DNA from: Phycisphaeraceae bacterium
GTDB lineage: Bacteria > Planctomycetota > Phycisphaerae > Phycisphaerales > Phycisphaeraceae
Direction: 5' to 3'
DNA length: 64,000 bases
NCBI GenBank assembly: GCA_963674705.1
Contig: OY771506.1
Coordinates: forward strand, 4,160,001-4,224,000
The number at the start of each line of letters is the position of its first letter. Positions within the stretch are counted from its first letter, which is position 1. The position numbers and the translations under genes were made by a program. This document shows, in pieces, positions 1 through 10,879 of the stretch. The notes beneath the pieces were generated by a model. The model had not been told where the DNA came from. It ran no database searches and saw nothing but the letters and a program-made list of their open reading frames with translations.

Positions 1-79
1 CACGACGTGCAGACTTGATGAGTTTGCGTGCATACCGGGTTGCCCCGAGCGAGCCTAAGCTCTTGCTGGCTGATGCCAT
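1..79 (-). CDS. 5' end of a CDS running off the window (MASASKSLGSLGATRYARKLIKSARR...)
   Basis: ATG at 79-77 on the minus strand, preceded by an SD-like GAGGGG; open frame to the window edge. Confidence 0.5.
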   Translation of the reverse strand, partial: MASASKSLGSLGATRYARKLIKSARR

Positions 80-254
80 GATTCACCCCTCAATAATGCC
101 ACATTCATAGTATCACAGGACCAGAGCCTGGGCTCAAATATTGTGTTAAAACTGCGATAATCCGGTTGGTCATACAAAAAGAAGGGATAAAATAAAGTAA
201 CGGACTGGTTAGTTTAGTCGTTTTACCTGATCTTGAGAGGTCGGGGAGGCCAAG

Positions 255-590
255 ATGTTGTACCGTAAGAAGTTCAAACGCGGCGATCCGGTGGTTTTTG
301 CCAAAGACAAGTGCAGTACCTGCCCGGGGCCCCGAGCACATGGCGTCCATCCTGCCCGACGGGGGGAGGGATATTACTACAAGGTCGACAAGTTCTGGTT
401 GGCGGAGCAGGACGAAAGTGAAGGGAAAGTGACGCTGATCACCCGCCGGGGAAGGCAGCACGTTGTTGAAGTGAGAGATCCGAGGCTACACCATGCGACG
501 CTTTGGCAACGGTTATGGTTCAGACACCGATTCCCCCGTCATGATCTACTGACATCGCAACGTAACTCGGAACAGTCGGTTGCGATGTAA
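255..590 (+). CDS. Conserved hypothetical protein, planctomycete type (PGPRA...YxVDKFW...TRRGR)
   Basis: GGAGG SD upstream of the ATG; motif pattern recalled from small planctomycete hypothetical proteins. Confidence 0.65.
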   Translation: MLYRKKFKRGDPVVFAKDKCSTCPGPRAHGVHPARRGEGYYYKVDKFWLAEQDESEGKVTLITRRGRQHVVEVRDPRLHHATLWQRLWFRHRFPRHDLLTSQRNSEQSVAM

Positions 591-780
591 CGCTAGCGGA
601 AGCCCCACACACTCTGCGCGTACGTCATTATCACGCACGCCAGACCGTCTTCAAGTTCATGGCTGTCGATCCGTACTGCCGTATCTTCTCTAAAAAGAGG
701 AAGCACTGCGTCATTCCCGGTTCACTGCGGCTGAGTCGAAGCAATGTCCAACCGGTTGAGCAGTTCGGGAATGCGCTGCC

Positions 781-1533
781 TTAATATCTGAAAGTTCATA
801 CGGGTATTCCTTATACATCGCGGGAGAAACTCAATTCCGCTACGTGTACAACAACCAGGATGACAGTAGCGGTGATGAAGATGAAGGCGGATTCCAGACC
901 CGCAGGCTTGAAGTAGAGGTGTGGGGACAAGTCGCGGACCCGAGAATCACCTACCTGTTGAAACTCATCCACTCAAGAAGCACGGGCAACACGTCCATGG
1001 AAGGGTGGGAACTGGGCTATGATGGTGAAAGCCAGAGCGTGATCCTCGGCGGCGCATATTACTTCGAACTCGGCGACGGAAACAACAGCGCGATCGATGC
1101 GGACCGAGCAGGCAGCGACTATCACTCGTGGACTGTTGACCTGTCGTATGAAAACCAGGGGATCAACCTCTACGGCGCCTATATTGGAGCGAACATCGAT
1201 CCCGATGAAACTACGGCTGCACAGCGAGATATGACAGGCCTGGTGATCCAGAGTGGTGTGGATGTTGTGCCGGATAAACTCGAGTTGTTTGCTCGCTGGG
1301 AATATATCGACGGGGATGTTGCGGGTGAGGATGAGTTCGACGCGTGGGCCACGGGTTTTAACTATTACATCAGCGGCCATCGTGTTAAGTTCAGCGCTGA
1401 TGTGGTTTACCTGAACAAAGATCTGCCCACCGCGAATCCATTCGGCGAGAATCCGGCAAGCCGTGGATTGGGCTTAATCAGCGGCACAGAAGACGAGATG
1501 GCGGTGCGGACACAGATGCAGTTGCTGTTTTGA
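781..1533 (+). pseudogene. Truncated outer-membrane porin (OprO/P-like) remnant
   Basis: Porin-like LYIAGETQFRYVYN, GFQTRR and GFNYYISGHRVKFSAD motifs with C-terminal RTQMQLLF. No signal peptide, an in-frame TGA at 757-759 upstream, and too short for a full barrel. Confidence 0.6.
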
Positions 1534-1558
1534 TTGTCTGCTTGGATAGAAATGTATC

Positions 1559-1590
1559 AAAGCCCCCGGGCGTGAGGCTCGGGGGCTTTT
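1559..1590. terminator. Bidirectional intrinsic terminator
   Basis: AAAGCCCCCGGGC-gtgag-GCTCGGGGGCTTTT hairpin between convergent genes. Confidence 0.8.
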
Positions 1591-1617
1591 GCGATGTTTC
1601 GTCGATGTGTCTATTCG

Positions 1618-2796
1618 TTAATGCCTTGCTTGAAGACTTAAGACGGCGCAACCCAATCCCATTAGTACTAAGGCAGCCGGTTCAGGCACCATGGCAGGTG
1701 TTGGTGGTGTTCCCTCGCCCCAATGCTTGAGCACCATGTCCAGGTCATCCAGCCCCACGTAGCCGTCCGAGACTCCGAGTGTGACACTGGAAGCATCTGC
1801 GCGCGTGTCACATAACGGCACAGCCAGGTTCCAGTTGTTCAAGACGATGTTCAGATCTTCGAGGCAAACGAAGCCGTCGCCGTCCAAGTCGCCAAGCAAC
1901 GGGGGAGTAACGCCTACGAAGAGGTTGTCAACGATGACAGTCGAGCGATCATATGATGGCCACCATTCCAACGTGGCGATCGGGGTCGTCGCATGCAGTT
2001 CGATCGGGCCGACCAACTCGCGCACTGCCGGGACGGTGTCCGATGTCACCGAAGCGATGACCTGGCCGGCAGCGTCTTTGGCAACCATTGTCACCGTGAT
2101 TCCCTCTGCGCCGGATACTTCCGCGGCAACGTCATACACAGGCATGTCGAACTGCGCGAGGATATTAAAACCCGGCGGGTAGCTGGTGCTGTAAACAACT
2201 GCAAACTGGTTGCCCTCATCGTAATCTACGCCGATCGAGTAAACGCTACTGTTCTTATAGGTGCCGAAGTGCACGCCCCATGCGGCGTATGCATTTTGGA
2301 TACTGTTGCCGGGTGAAAGCGTCCTGCCATCGGGCAGATTCGTGAAGTCGATCGTGAAGTCCGTCGTCGGCAGGACCGGTGTGACCACATCGAATGTAAA
2401 AGGATCGCTGCTTCCGACCCCTAGCACATTGCCGACCACCGAGTGAGTTCCCAGTGTCAGGTCATACTCCGACCAGCGGTGGCTAAAGCTCCATGTGTAT
2501 GATCCATGCGCCGGGATATCCCGATAAGTGAATACCTGGATATAGCCGCCGCGGCTGTCATACACATCATCCATCTCATACCAGGCCTGTAGGGCGCTGG
2601 GGAAACTGAGGTACACATCTTGATCGTTTGGGTTGTAGGCGGTGACGTCGACGATCAAACGTTCGCCGGCGATATAAGCTGATTTGTCGGTTGAGACACT
2701 GAGTTCTAACGGTAAAGCATTCACACATTGAACAACAAACAGACCTGAGGTCACGAAAAGCCAGGTCAACAAGACGTGTTTGTATCTGCTTCTCAT
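1618..2796 (-). CDS. PEP-CTERM surface protein with an N-terminal BsuPI-like Ig domain and a dockerin-like module
   Basis: Signal peptide; STDKSAYIAGE...LSFPSALQ pattern; GDLDGDGFVCLEDLNIVLNNW repeat; VPEP + TM tail. Confidence 0.8.
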   Translation of the reverse strand: MRSRYKHVLLTWLFVTSGLFVVQCVNALPLELSVSTDKSAYIAGERLIVDVTAYNPNDQDVYLSFPSALQAWYEMDDVYDSRGGYIQVFTYRDIPAHGSYTWSFSHRWSEYDLTLGTHSVVGNVLGVGSSDPFTFDVVTPVLPTTDFTIDFTNLPDGRTLSPGNSIQNAYAAWGVHFGTYKNSSVYSIGVDYDEGNQFAVVYSTSYPPGFNILAQFDMPVYDVAAEVSGAEGITVTMVAKDAAGQVIASVTSDTVPAVRELVGPIELHATTPIATLEWWPSYDRSTVIVDNLFVGVTPPLLGDLDGDGFVCLEDLNIVLNNWNLAVPLCDTRADASSVTLGVSDGYVGLDDLDMVLKHWGEGTPPTPAMVPEPAALVLMGLGCAVLSLQARH

Positions 2797-3110
2797 TGCT
2801 GATCCTCTGAAGTGGTTGATTGGGCACTGTCAATTGAACATGAGCCGGGGTGGAACAAGAACAAACGAACAGGCTTAACCGAAGCCGTCGAACGAAGACA
2901 ACGGATCATCATGATTTGTCTAAAAAAGTGTATCCTCAAAAGACATCAATGTCTAGATTGGTTGTATAACGCTTAGCGTTATATACGCTTATGGCAATTA
3001 ACAGACGGTCCGCCGCTTGAACGACCTGTTGATGCAAGACGACGCTGATTATCTGGGTTATTTGAGCCGACAAAAGCTATAATGTAAAAGCATCACGTTC
3101 TTTGACAATT

Positions 3111-3484
3111 GGGGCCGACTGGTATTGACCGGACAGGGAAGGCTTTCGGTGGCACGTCGAGGTGTGCGTTGGTCCTCGTTAAACTGCGCACAAAACTTTA
3201 AATGCCAACGATAACATCGCTGGTCGCATCGGGTTCGCCCCGGCGCGCATGGCTGCCTAATAGTAGCCGAGTCCGTTAGCGGGATGTCTACGACCGCTGC
3301 GGGCTACAATCAGTAGACTCGTCCAAAGGGGACGCCTTAGCCCCGGCGGATTAAACCTCACTCAGGCTGGGGGCTTATCAGGTTGCTCATGATCGGATAA
3401 GTCCCAAGATCAAAACATGAGCTAAGCGTGTAGAGGCCGTCTGCTGACTGTCACGGGACGGGGGTTCGACTCCCCCCGGCTCCA
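3111..3484 (+). ncRNA. ssrA: tmRNA; tag reading frame 3204-3260 encodes (A)ANDNIAGRIGFAPARMAA*
   Basis: 5' GGGGCCG pairs with 3' CGGCTCC-A including the G3:U alanine determinant. T-arm GGGGG-TTCGACT-CCCCC; tag ends AA-TAA-TAG-TAG; CCA not encoded. Confidence 0.97.
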
Positions 3485-3777
3485 TTGGTTTTCGTCATGG
3501 TATGCGCCATTCATTTCATCTGATTCGACTTCTTTCACCGCCAGATACACCCAAGACACATCGTTGGAAAGCAAACGGCGAGATGTTAGTCAGGTCCAGC
3601 GGCGACCTGCTGTGGCACGCGTATTCACCCAATCACTTTGGTGAAGCTGAGTAAATTGGCGGATTTGGGAAGTAGCGAGGATAAATTTTCTCGCTAAACG
3701 GGCTGTGCAATGGTATTATCCGGCAATAATAAGCACTTGTTGTATTTACACATGTTAGTAAAGCCGGAGGAAGGAAT

Positions 3778-4953
3778 ATGTCTAAGTTCAATTCAATCTT
3801 GATCGCTATCGTTGTACTCACGCTTACATGCACAAACGCCTGTTACTCGATTACTCCAAGTTTTCAAGGTTTGGGAGATTTATCTGGTGGTAGATTTTCT
3901 AGCGATGCTGAAGCAGTATCAGCAGACGGCTCGACCGTCGTAGGAATAAGCGAAGCGGGTTCTGGTAAATATGCATTCCGTTGGACGGCAGATTCCGGTA
4001 TGCAGAACCTGGGAGATATCGCTGCTGGTGCCAACTACAGCATCGCTCATGCTGTTACAGCCGATGGCTCAGTGGTTGTTGGTCGAAGTACGGCGGGATT
4101 CCGCGATGAGGCATTCCGGTGGGATATTGGTTACGGTAAAATCAAGCTATTAAAAACGGATATTGAAGTAGCGACATATCCTATTAGTGCAAATGCCATA
4201 TCGTCAGATGGTTCTGTGATAGCCGGTGTAGGCAGAATTGATGATGTGTTAGTTTCATTCCGCTGGACTGCGACCGATATCGTGGATGGAATTCCCGTCG
4301 GTGATATGGTTAGTTTGGGTGGATTGCCTGGCGGTCGTATTGGGATGTATGCAAATGTTGGTGACATGTCGGCGGATGGATCTGTAATTGTTGGTGGTGC
4401 AGAATCGTCGATTGGGAATGAAGCTTACAGATGGACAGTGGATACGGGCATGGTTGGATTGGGTGACTTACCGGGTGGGAATGACAGTAGCTATGCGACT
4501 GGTATTTCATCAGACGGCTCGGTTGTAATCGGGGCAAGTTATTCAGACTTGGGGCGTGAAGCGTTTCGCTGGACAGAGCAGGAAGGGATGGTAAGTCTAG
4601 GTCAATTTCCTGGAGGATCAAAATATACAGAAGCCTACGCTGTGTCAGCAGATGGTTCAGTAATCGTGGGATCAGGCCAAGGGATGGGGGGTACTTATGA
4701 TTATCATGCATTCATATGGACCGAACAGCAAGGCTTGCGTTTGTTAGAAGATGTACTGATCGACGACTACGGCATCGACCTTACCGGTTGGTCTATTCAG
4801 AGCGCCACAGGCATATCTGCTAACGGTATGACCATCGTAGGAAGTGGCATCAATCCTAACGGTGATAGAGAAGCCTTCATAGCCATCATTCCCGAACCCG
4901 GGTCATTGGTGTGTTTAAGTGTCACCCTTACCTTATTGAAAAGGTCGCGATAA
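3778..4953 (+). CDS. HAF-family extracellular repeat protein with PEP-CTERM
   Basis: Repeated A-x-A-V-S-A-D-G-S-V-V-V-G...EAFRWT..GM..LG units; IPEP + TM + basic tail. Confidence 0.9.
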   Translation: MSKFNSILIAIVVLTLTCTNACYSITPSFQGLGDLSGGRFSSDAEAVSADGSTVVGISEAGSGKYAFRWTADSGMQNLGDIAAGANYSIAHAVTADGSVVVGRSTAGFRDEAFRWDIGYGKIKLLKTDIEVATYPISANAISSDGSVIAGVGRIDDVLVSFRWTATDIVDGIPVGDMVSLGGLPGGRIGMYANVGDMSADGSVIVGGAESSIGNEAYRWTVDTGMVGLGDLPGGNDSSYATGISSDGSVVIGASYSDLGREAFRWTEQEGMVSLGQFPGGSKYTEAYAVSADGSVIVGSGQGMGGTYDYHAFIWTEQQGLRLLEDVLIDDYGIDLTGWSIQSATGISANGMTIVGSGINPNGDREAFIAIIPEPGSLVCLSVTLTLLKRSR

Positions 4954-5008
4954 ACACACTCATTTATATTGAAGACATCCTTAGGTTTCTCTGAGGGGAT
5001 CAGTCTAA

Positions 5009-6502
5009 CTACTCGTTCGAGATCGATACTGACTTGTCCTCCGGCTCTTCGATAGCATCAACTTGTTCTGGCGTCTGAGTATCCGCGACTTCTTCTGCCA
5101 GTTCGACCCAGCCGCCGCCGAAGGCTTTGTAAATGTTGATCACTGCAGTGTATTGCGTTGCTTCCAAGCGCACTAACTGCAATTGGGCATCAAAGAGGTC
5201 ACGTTCGGAATCGAGCACCTCGATGTAGCCTACGTAGCCGTTGTCGAAGCGTTTGTTTGCCAGTTCGGAATAGACCTTGAGCGATTCGACCTGCCTGCCC
5301 AGCGCATCTACTTCATCTCGAACCATCTGGTAGGTCACCAGCGCATCATCCGCTTCACGAAGCGCGGTGAGTATGGATTGCAGGTACGTATCCAGTGCCT
5401 GTTGCTGCTGTGCTTCGCTTACCTGGACCTGGCCTTTGAGCCTGCCGGCAGTGAAGATCGGTCCGGTCACGGATGCGGCCAACTGATACAAGCCGGCTGA
5501 ACTCTTGGAGAGATTCGACAGATCGTCACTGGCAACGCCCAGCACACCGGTCAGCGAGATCGATGGATAGAACTCGGCGATCGCGGCACCGATACGGGCA
5601 TTGGCAGCGATCAGTTGCTGTTCGTTACGTCGCAGATCAGGCCTGCGTCGCAGCAGGTCTGAGGGTAATCCGGAAGGGATCGCTGGCAGGTCCAGCATTT
5701 CCAAGGCCTTGCCACGTTCGATCGGGCCCGGTGGTCGACCGAGCAAAACACTCAGCGAATTCTCCAACAGAGCGATATCACGGCGGATACCCGGGATCGT
5801 GGCGGCGGTTCGTTCATATTCGGAGCGGACCTGTGCGACCTCGAGCTTTGAGATAATGCCATGCTCCAATTGCTTCTCAAAAAGTTCAAGGTTATCTGCA
5901 CGTGTTTCAAGGACTGTTTCAGCAAACGCCAGTTGTTGATCAAGACTGCGTAAGCCGACATAGCTCTGAGCGACGGCGGTGACCAACGAAAGCACGACGC
6001 CGCGTCTCGCTTCTTCGTTGGCAAGCAGGTCGGCGCGCGCAGCTTCGGTTGAACGTGCGATCCGTCCCCAGAGGTCTAATTCCCAACCGACATTGAGGTT
6101 GGCAGTAAAGAAGTCTGAGGTGCGGTCTGATGCCAGTTTCCCGGTGCCAATTTCACCGGAGATCTTTTCCGAGCCGGCTGATCCGTCGTACCCAACTTGG
6201 GGGAATGCAGCAGAGCGCGTGATACCAAGGCGGGCTGAGAATTCTTCAACGCGTGATGCTGCAATCCTCACGTCGTAGTTATTTCGCAGCGCTTCGTCGA
6301 TCAGCGCATCGAGGACCGGATCATTGAACCGGTTCCACCACATAGAGTCGGCCAGCTCCATGACCTCAGCAGTATCGGTCCGCCATGTTTCTGGCGTCTG
6401 CACTTGCGGCGTTTGATAATCCGGCCCGACCATGCAGCCATGAAGCCCACCGATCGCTACTGTCAACACAAGGGACAATACTGCATTCTGCTTACGCATC
6501 AC
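5009..6502 (-). CDS. RND efflux outer-membrane factor lipoprotein (NodT/OprM family)
   Basis: Lipobox LHGC, WELDLWGR, PSDLLRRRPD, YKAFGGGW. Confidence 0.93.
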   Translation of the reverse strand: MMRKQNAVLSLVLTVAIGGLHGCMVGPDYQTPQVQTPETWRTDTAEVMELADSMWWNRFNDPVLDALIDEALRNNYDVRIAASRVEEFSARLGITRSAAFPQVGYDGSAGSEKISGEIGTGKLASDRTSDFFTANLNVGWELDLWGRIARSTEAARADLLANEEARRGVVLSLVTAVAQSYVGLRSLDQQLAFAETVLETRADNLELFEKQLEHGIISKLEVAQVRSEYERTAATIPGIRRDIALLENSLSVLLGRPPGPIERGKALEMLDLPAIPSGLPSDLLRRRPDLRRNEQQLIAANARIGAAIAEFYPSISLTGVLGVASDDLSNLSKSSAGLYQLAASVTGPIFTAGRLKGQVQVSEAQQQQALDTYLQSILTALREADDALVTYQMVRDEVDALGRQVESLKVYSELANKRFDNGYVGYIEVLDSERDLFDAQLQLVRLEATQYTAVINIYKAFGGGWVELAEEVADTQTPEQVDAIEEPEDKSVSISNE

Positions 6503-9500
6503 CGGCCTCCTTCTGTGTTGCTTTGTCAGAGGCTTCGGTATTAGGTGCAGGCTCAGCAGCGACGACTTTCTGAGTCTTGCGAGCAGTAGTCCACGACGAG
6601 AATCCGATGATCAGGAAGTAGAACATCGGGACAAAGAACAATGCCAAGCTTGTTGCCGCGATCATGCCACCGATGACGCCGGTACCGATCGAGTTACGGG
6701 CGTTTGCGCCGGCGCCGGTGGCGAGGACGAGAGGCATCGCACCGAGGATAAAGGAAAGCGCGGTCATCAGAATCGGCCTGAGCCTGAGCTTGGCGGCTTC
6801 GATGGCTGCTTCCTTGGCTGATAAACCTTCCGCAAACTTGATCTGCGCGAACTCGACAATCAGGATCGAGTTCTTGGTTGAAAGACCAATGAGTGTGACG
6901 AGACCGACCTGGAAGTAGACGTCACTTTCCATGCCACGCAACCAGACGGCGACGAGTGCACCAAAGATGCCGAACGGCACCGCGGTGAGGATCGCAATTG
7001 GCAGCGTCCACTTCTCGTACTGTCCGGCAAGGATCAAAAAGACCAGAATCAAACCGAAAATAAAGGCGACCACCGCGGTCGATCCGGCCTGCTTCTCCTC
7101 GAAGGCCTGACCAGACCATCCGTAGCTCATGCCGTCTGGGAGTGACGTATTACCGAGTTCTTCCATCGCGAGGATGGCTTGGCCGGAACTGTAGCCATGT
7201 GCGGCGTCACCGGTAATCTTGGCGGCGGGGAATCCATTGAAGCGCATGACCAAGTCTGGTCCGGCCTTATAGTTTGCATCGATGACTGCGGAGAGAGGCA
7301 GCAGTTGACCTTCGCGCTGGCGTACGTATACATGATTAAAGTCTTCTGGATCATCGCGATACTGAGCATCGGCCTGGACGATCACATTCCACACCCGGCC
7401 ATACTTGTCATATTGACTGACGTACGACGAACCAAACAATGACTCCATCGCTTCATAAATGCTATTGACGGACATCCCCATTGTCTCTGCTCGGGCACGA
7501 TCGACGGTCACTTCGAGTTGTCGGCTTGATGCGTTATACGTTGAACTGACGCGAGCAAGATCAGGGCGTTTACGTGTTTCGGCCAACAGTTTCTGCACCG
7601 CTTCTGCCAGGTATAAAGGATCATCGCTGCCACGGTTTTGCACCCAATACTCGAAACCGCCTTGTGTACCGAGACCCGGGATCGCAGGTGGTTTTATGGG
7701 TATCGCTATACCATCGTGCAGGTTGCTCAAGCGTGGTGCGGCATAGGTGATCACAGCGTCCGCAGACATATCATCCGAGGTGCGTTGTTCGAAGTCTTTC
7801 AAGGCGATGAAGACCGTGCCGGAGTTAGTCTTGAACTGCCCATCGATCATGCTGAAGCCTGACAATGCGGACGTGAACTGAACGGCAGGGTGTTCAGCAA
7901 AGATATCGGCAGCGGCCTGCGTCATCTTGTCCGCTCGGTCTAGGCTGGCGCCGTCCGGCAAGATGACGGCCGCCAGGAGCACGCCTTGGTCTTCCATCGG
8001 CACGAAACTCGTGGGGATAATCTTAAAGAGATGGACCGTCCCATACAGCATGAACACGACCAGCAGGACGCCGACGACCGAGAGTTTAATCATCAGCTTC
8101 ACACCAGCGGCATATGCTGTTGTGCATTTATCCAGTGCTGTATTAAAGGCACGGAACGGACCGATGACACCGGTTCTTGGTTTGAGAAGCACACCGCAAA
8201 GAGCAGGTGTCATCGTCAAGGCCACGAAACTGGAAATGCCCACTGAAACAGCAAGGGTGACAGCGAATTGCTGGTAAAGAACGCCTGTCGTGCCTCCCAG
8301 GAACGCTGTCGGTACAAATACCGCAATAAGTACGAGGGTCGTGGCGATCACGGGCCCGATCACTTCGCCCATAGCACGGATAGTCGCCTCCTTAGCGTCG
8401 AGCTTCAATTCCTCCATGTTTCGCTCGACGTTCTCAACCACGACGATCGCGTCGTCGCAGACCAGCCCGATTGCAAGCACCAGGCCGAAGAGCGTCAGCA
8501 GGTTCAGGCTGAAGTCCAGCATGAGCATGCCTGCGAAGGTACCTACCACGGATATCAGGATCGCAACCGTCGGGATCAGGGTGGCTCGCACAGATTGAAG
8601 AAACAGATATGTCACTGCGACCACAAGGATGATGGCGATGACCAGTGTCACCACGACTTCATGGATGGAAGCTTCCACGAACTTTGTCGTGTCATAGGAA
8701 ACCTCGTAGTCGATGCCTTTGGGAAAAGACTTTTTCAGGTCCTCCATGAGCGTGCGGACCTTGGTGGCCACGGCAAGTGCATTGGACCCCGGTTGCTGGT
8801 AGACCGCGATGAAAGTCCCAGGCTTGCCGTTAAGCGTGGAACGCAAGAGATACTGCTGGATGCCAACCTCGGCTCGAGCCACGTCGCCGACACGGACGAC
8901 TGCGGTCCCGTCGGTCTCGGCGCGCACGATGATACTTTCAAACTCTTCCGGCTCTGAGTATCGGCCTTGGGTCACGACAGGGACGGAAAGCTCGATCGAG
9001 CCGTTCATGGGTTCCTGTCCGATGGTGCCTGCCCCGAACTGCTGGTTCTGCTTGGCGATGGCTGCCTTGACTTCATCGGCGGTGATCCCGAGGCCGGCCA
9101 TCTTGTCCGGGTCCAGCCAGATCCGCATCGCTAAGTCTGGCAGGCCCATAATCTGAGCCTGGTTGGCACCGTCGACACGCTTGAGTTCATCGAGGATATA
9201 GAGGTTGGCGTAGTTGCCGATGTATTGCTCATCAAAGCTACCGTCAGGTGAAAAAAGCCCGATGAGCATCAGCGTGCTTGAAGAACGTTTCTGGACGCGC
9301 ACGCCGGTAGAACGTACGGCTTCGGGCAGGCTAGGCAGGGCGAGGTTGACCCGGTTGTTGACCTGAACCTCGGCGGTATCGGGATCGGTTCCCAACTCGA
9401 AGAACGCGGTCAATGACATCTGCCCGGTGTTGGCCGAGGTGGAGTTCATGTAGATCAGGCCGTCGGCACCGTTAATCTCGGTCTCGATCGGGGAGGCAAC

Positions 9501-9683
9501 GGAGTTTGCCACTGTCAGCGCATCGGCACCGGGATAGGTAGCGGAGACGGTGACCTGTACGGGCGTAATCTCCGGGTATTGAGTGATCGGTAGATTGACC
9601 GCGGCGACCGCGCCACAGAAAACGATCACAAGCGAGAGGACGCTGGCCAGGATTGGCCGTCTGACAAAAAGCGTCGTAATCAT
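6492..9683 (-). CDS. RND efflux permease, HAE1 (AcrB/MexB-like)
   Basis: 1063 aa; F.RRPI.A.V, QYPEITP, DDAIVVVENV, KNSILIVEFA, RLRPILMT. Confidence 0.95.
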   Translation of the reverse strand: MITTLFVRRPILASVLSLVIVFCGAVAAVNLPITQYPEITPVQVTVSATYPGADALTVANSVASPIETEINGADGLIYMNSTSANTGQMSLTAFFELGTDPDTAEVQVNNRVNLALPSLPEAVRSTGVRVQKRSSSTLMLIGLFSPDGSFDEQYIGNYANLYILDELKRVDGANQAQIMGLPDLAMRIWLDPDKMAGLGITADEVKAAIAKQNQQFGAGTIGQEPMNGSIELSVPVVTQGRYSEPEEFESIIVRAETDGTAVVRVGDVARAEVGIQQYLLRSTLNGKPGTFIAVYQQPGSNALAVATKVRTLMEDLKKSFPKGIDYEVSYDTTKFVEASIHEVVVTLVIAIILVVAVTYLFLQSVRATLIPTVAILISVVGTFAGMLMLDFSLNLLTLFGLVLAIGLVCDDAIVVVENVERNMEELKLDAKEATIRAMGEVIGPVIATTLVLIAVFVPTAFLGGTTGVLYQQFAVTLAVSVGISSFVALTMTPALCGVLLKPRTGVIGPFRAFNTALDKCTTAYAAGVKLMIKLSVVGVLLVVFMLYGTVHLFKIIPTSFVPMEDQGVLLAAVILPDGASLDRADKMTQAAADIFAEHPAVQFTSALSGFSMIDGQFKTNSGTVFIALKDFEQRTSDDMSADAVITYAAPRLSNLHDGIAIPIKPPAIPGLGTQGGFEYWVQNRGSDDPLYLAEAVQKLLAETRKRPDLARVSSTYNASSRQLEVTVDRARAETMGMSVNSIYEAMESLFGSSYVSQYDKYGRVWNVIVQADAQYRDDPEDFNHVYVRQREGQLLPLSAVIDANYKAGPDLVMRFNGFPAAKITGDAAHGYSSGQAILAMEELGNTSLPDGMSYGWSGQAFEEKQAGSTAVVAFIFGLILVFLILAGQYEKWTLPIAILTAVPFGIFGALVAVWLRGMESDVYFQVGLVTLIGLSTKNSILIVEFAQIKFAEGLSAKEAAIEAAKLRLRPILMTALSFILGAMPLVLATGAGANARNSIGTGVIGGMIAATSLALFFVPMFYFLIIGFSSWTTARKTQKVVAAEPAPNTEASDKATQKEAGDA

Positions 9684-10879
9684 TGCTTATCACCGATCTC
9701 CGCAAGCGGGCTTATGCTCACAATCGAGACCGGCGTCCCGGGGACAAGCCCCACGGTGCCATCAACAATCAAACGATCTGCTTCTTTGAGTCCCTGCTTG
9801 ATGAGCCAGTGATCGTCAACCCAGGGCCCAAGCACGACTGGGCGTTGCTCCGCCTTGCCGTCAGCATCAACGAGCCAGACATACGCACCTTTGGGACCTT
9901 GTCGTACAGCCCGTTGCGGCACGACAATCGCATCCGGCCGATACGCACCGCTCAGCTTAATGTGAACAAATTGACCCGGGCGTAGAGTAAGTTCAGGGTT
10001 CGGCAATTCGGCGCGTAACAGAAAGGTTCCGGTCTGCTCATTGACCGAGGCGTCGGCGAAAGATATCTGGCCGACGTGCGGGTATTGCGTGCCATCGGCC
10101 AGTTCGAGCGAAACAACGAACTGCCTGTCCTCAGGGAACGCCAACTCGCGATTTTTCTCAGAGCTCCTGCCTTTAAGCACCTCAGTCTCTGCAACACTGA
10201 ATTCCACCCAGATCGGATCGATCTTCACGACATAAGTGAGTGGGGGGGTTGTCTGATCGATGTAGGCTCCCTCACGCTGGGTCGCCGAGCTCGTTTGGCC
10301 ATCTACGGGAGACTTGATAGTGGCGTATCCTAACTGTAACTCGGCCTGAAAGACCTCTGCGGAAGCCCCTTCCACGGCGGCTTTCGCTTCAAGCACCCGG
10401 CCTTTCGCATCATCGTAATCCTTCTTGGATACAGCCTCCTCTGCCACAAGTGGCTCTATCCGAGCGAATAAGGCTTCAGCATTATCCAAGCGTGCCTGTT
10501 GTTGGGCCAGTTGTGCCTTGGCGGCACGCAACGATGCTTCCAGGGGATCGGGGTCCATCTTGAAAAGCACATCACCCTTATGCACATAAGCGCCCTCAGT
10601 GTATGTAATCTCATCAAGGAATCCTGCGATCCGTGAGCGAACCTCGACACGTTGCGAACTGGCTGTCCTGCCAATAAAATCAAAAACTGCAGGCACATCC
10701 ATTGCTTTGAGTTGAACCGCCACTATTTTTCGAGGTGCGACTTGTGGCGTTTGCGAAGATGATTCTTTAGAACAGCCCATCAAGAAAATGTGTGATGCAA
10801 ACAGGATCATCATCAACCGAGATGGGCCACATAACAATCCAGTCCCAGCAATAGAAATCCGAATCATCTTTGACAACAT
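9680..10879 (-). CDS. RND efflux periplasmic adaptor (MFP subunit)
   Basis: VEVRSRIAG, TIKSPVDG, TGTFLLRAELPNP, LRPGQFV; overlaps the permease start. Confidence 0.93.
   Translation of the reverse strand: MLSKMIRISIAGTGLLCGPSRLMMILFASHIFLMGCSKESSSQTPQVAPRKIVAVQLKAMDVPAVFDFIGRTASSQRVEVRSRIAGFLDEITYTEGAYVHKGDVLFKMDPDPLEASLRAAKAQLAQQQARLDNAEALFARIEPLVAEEAVSKKDYDDAKGRVLEAKAAVEGASAEVFQAELQLGYATIKSPVDGQTSSATQREGAYIDQTTPPLTYVVKIDPIWVEFSVAETEVLKGRSSEKNRELAFPEDRQFVVSLELADGTQYPHVGQISFADASVNEQTGTFLLRAELPNPELTLRPGQFVHIKLSGAYRPDAIVVPQRAVRQGPKGAYVWLVDADGKAEQRPVVLGPWVDDHWLIKQGLKEADRLIVDGTVGLVPGTPVSIVSISPLAEIGDKQ

Noticed and set aside
3520..3545. attR-like copy of the tmRNA 3' end (TTCGACTTC...CCGCCA)
   Set aside because: Similarity is limited to a few bases and there is no integrase nearby.
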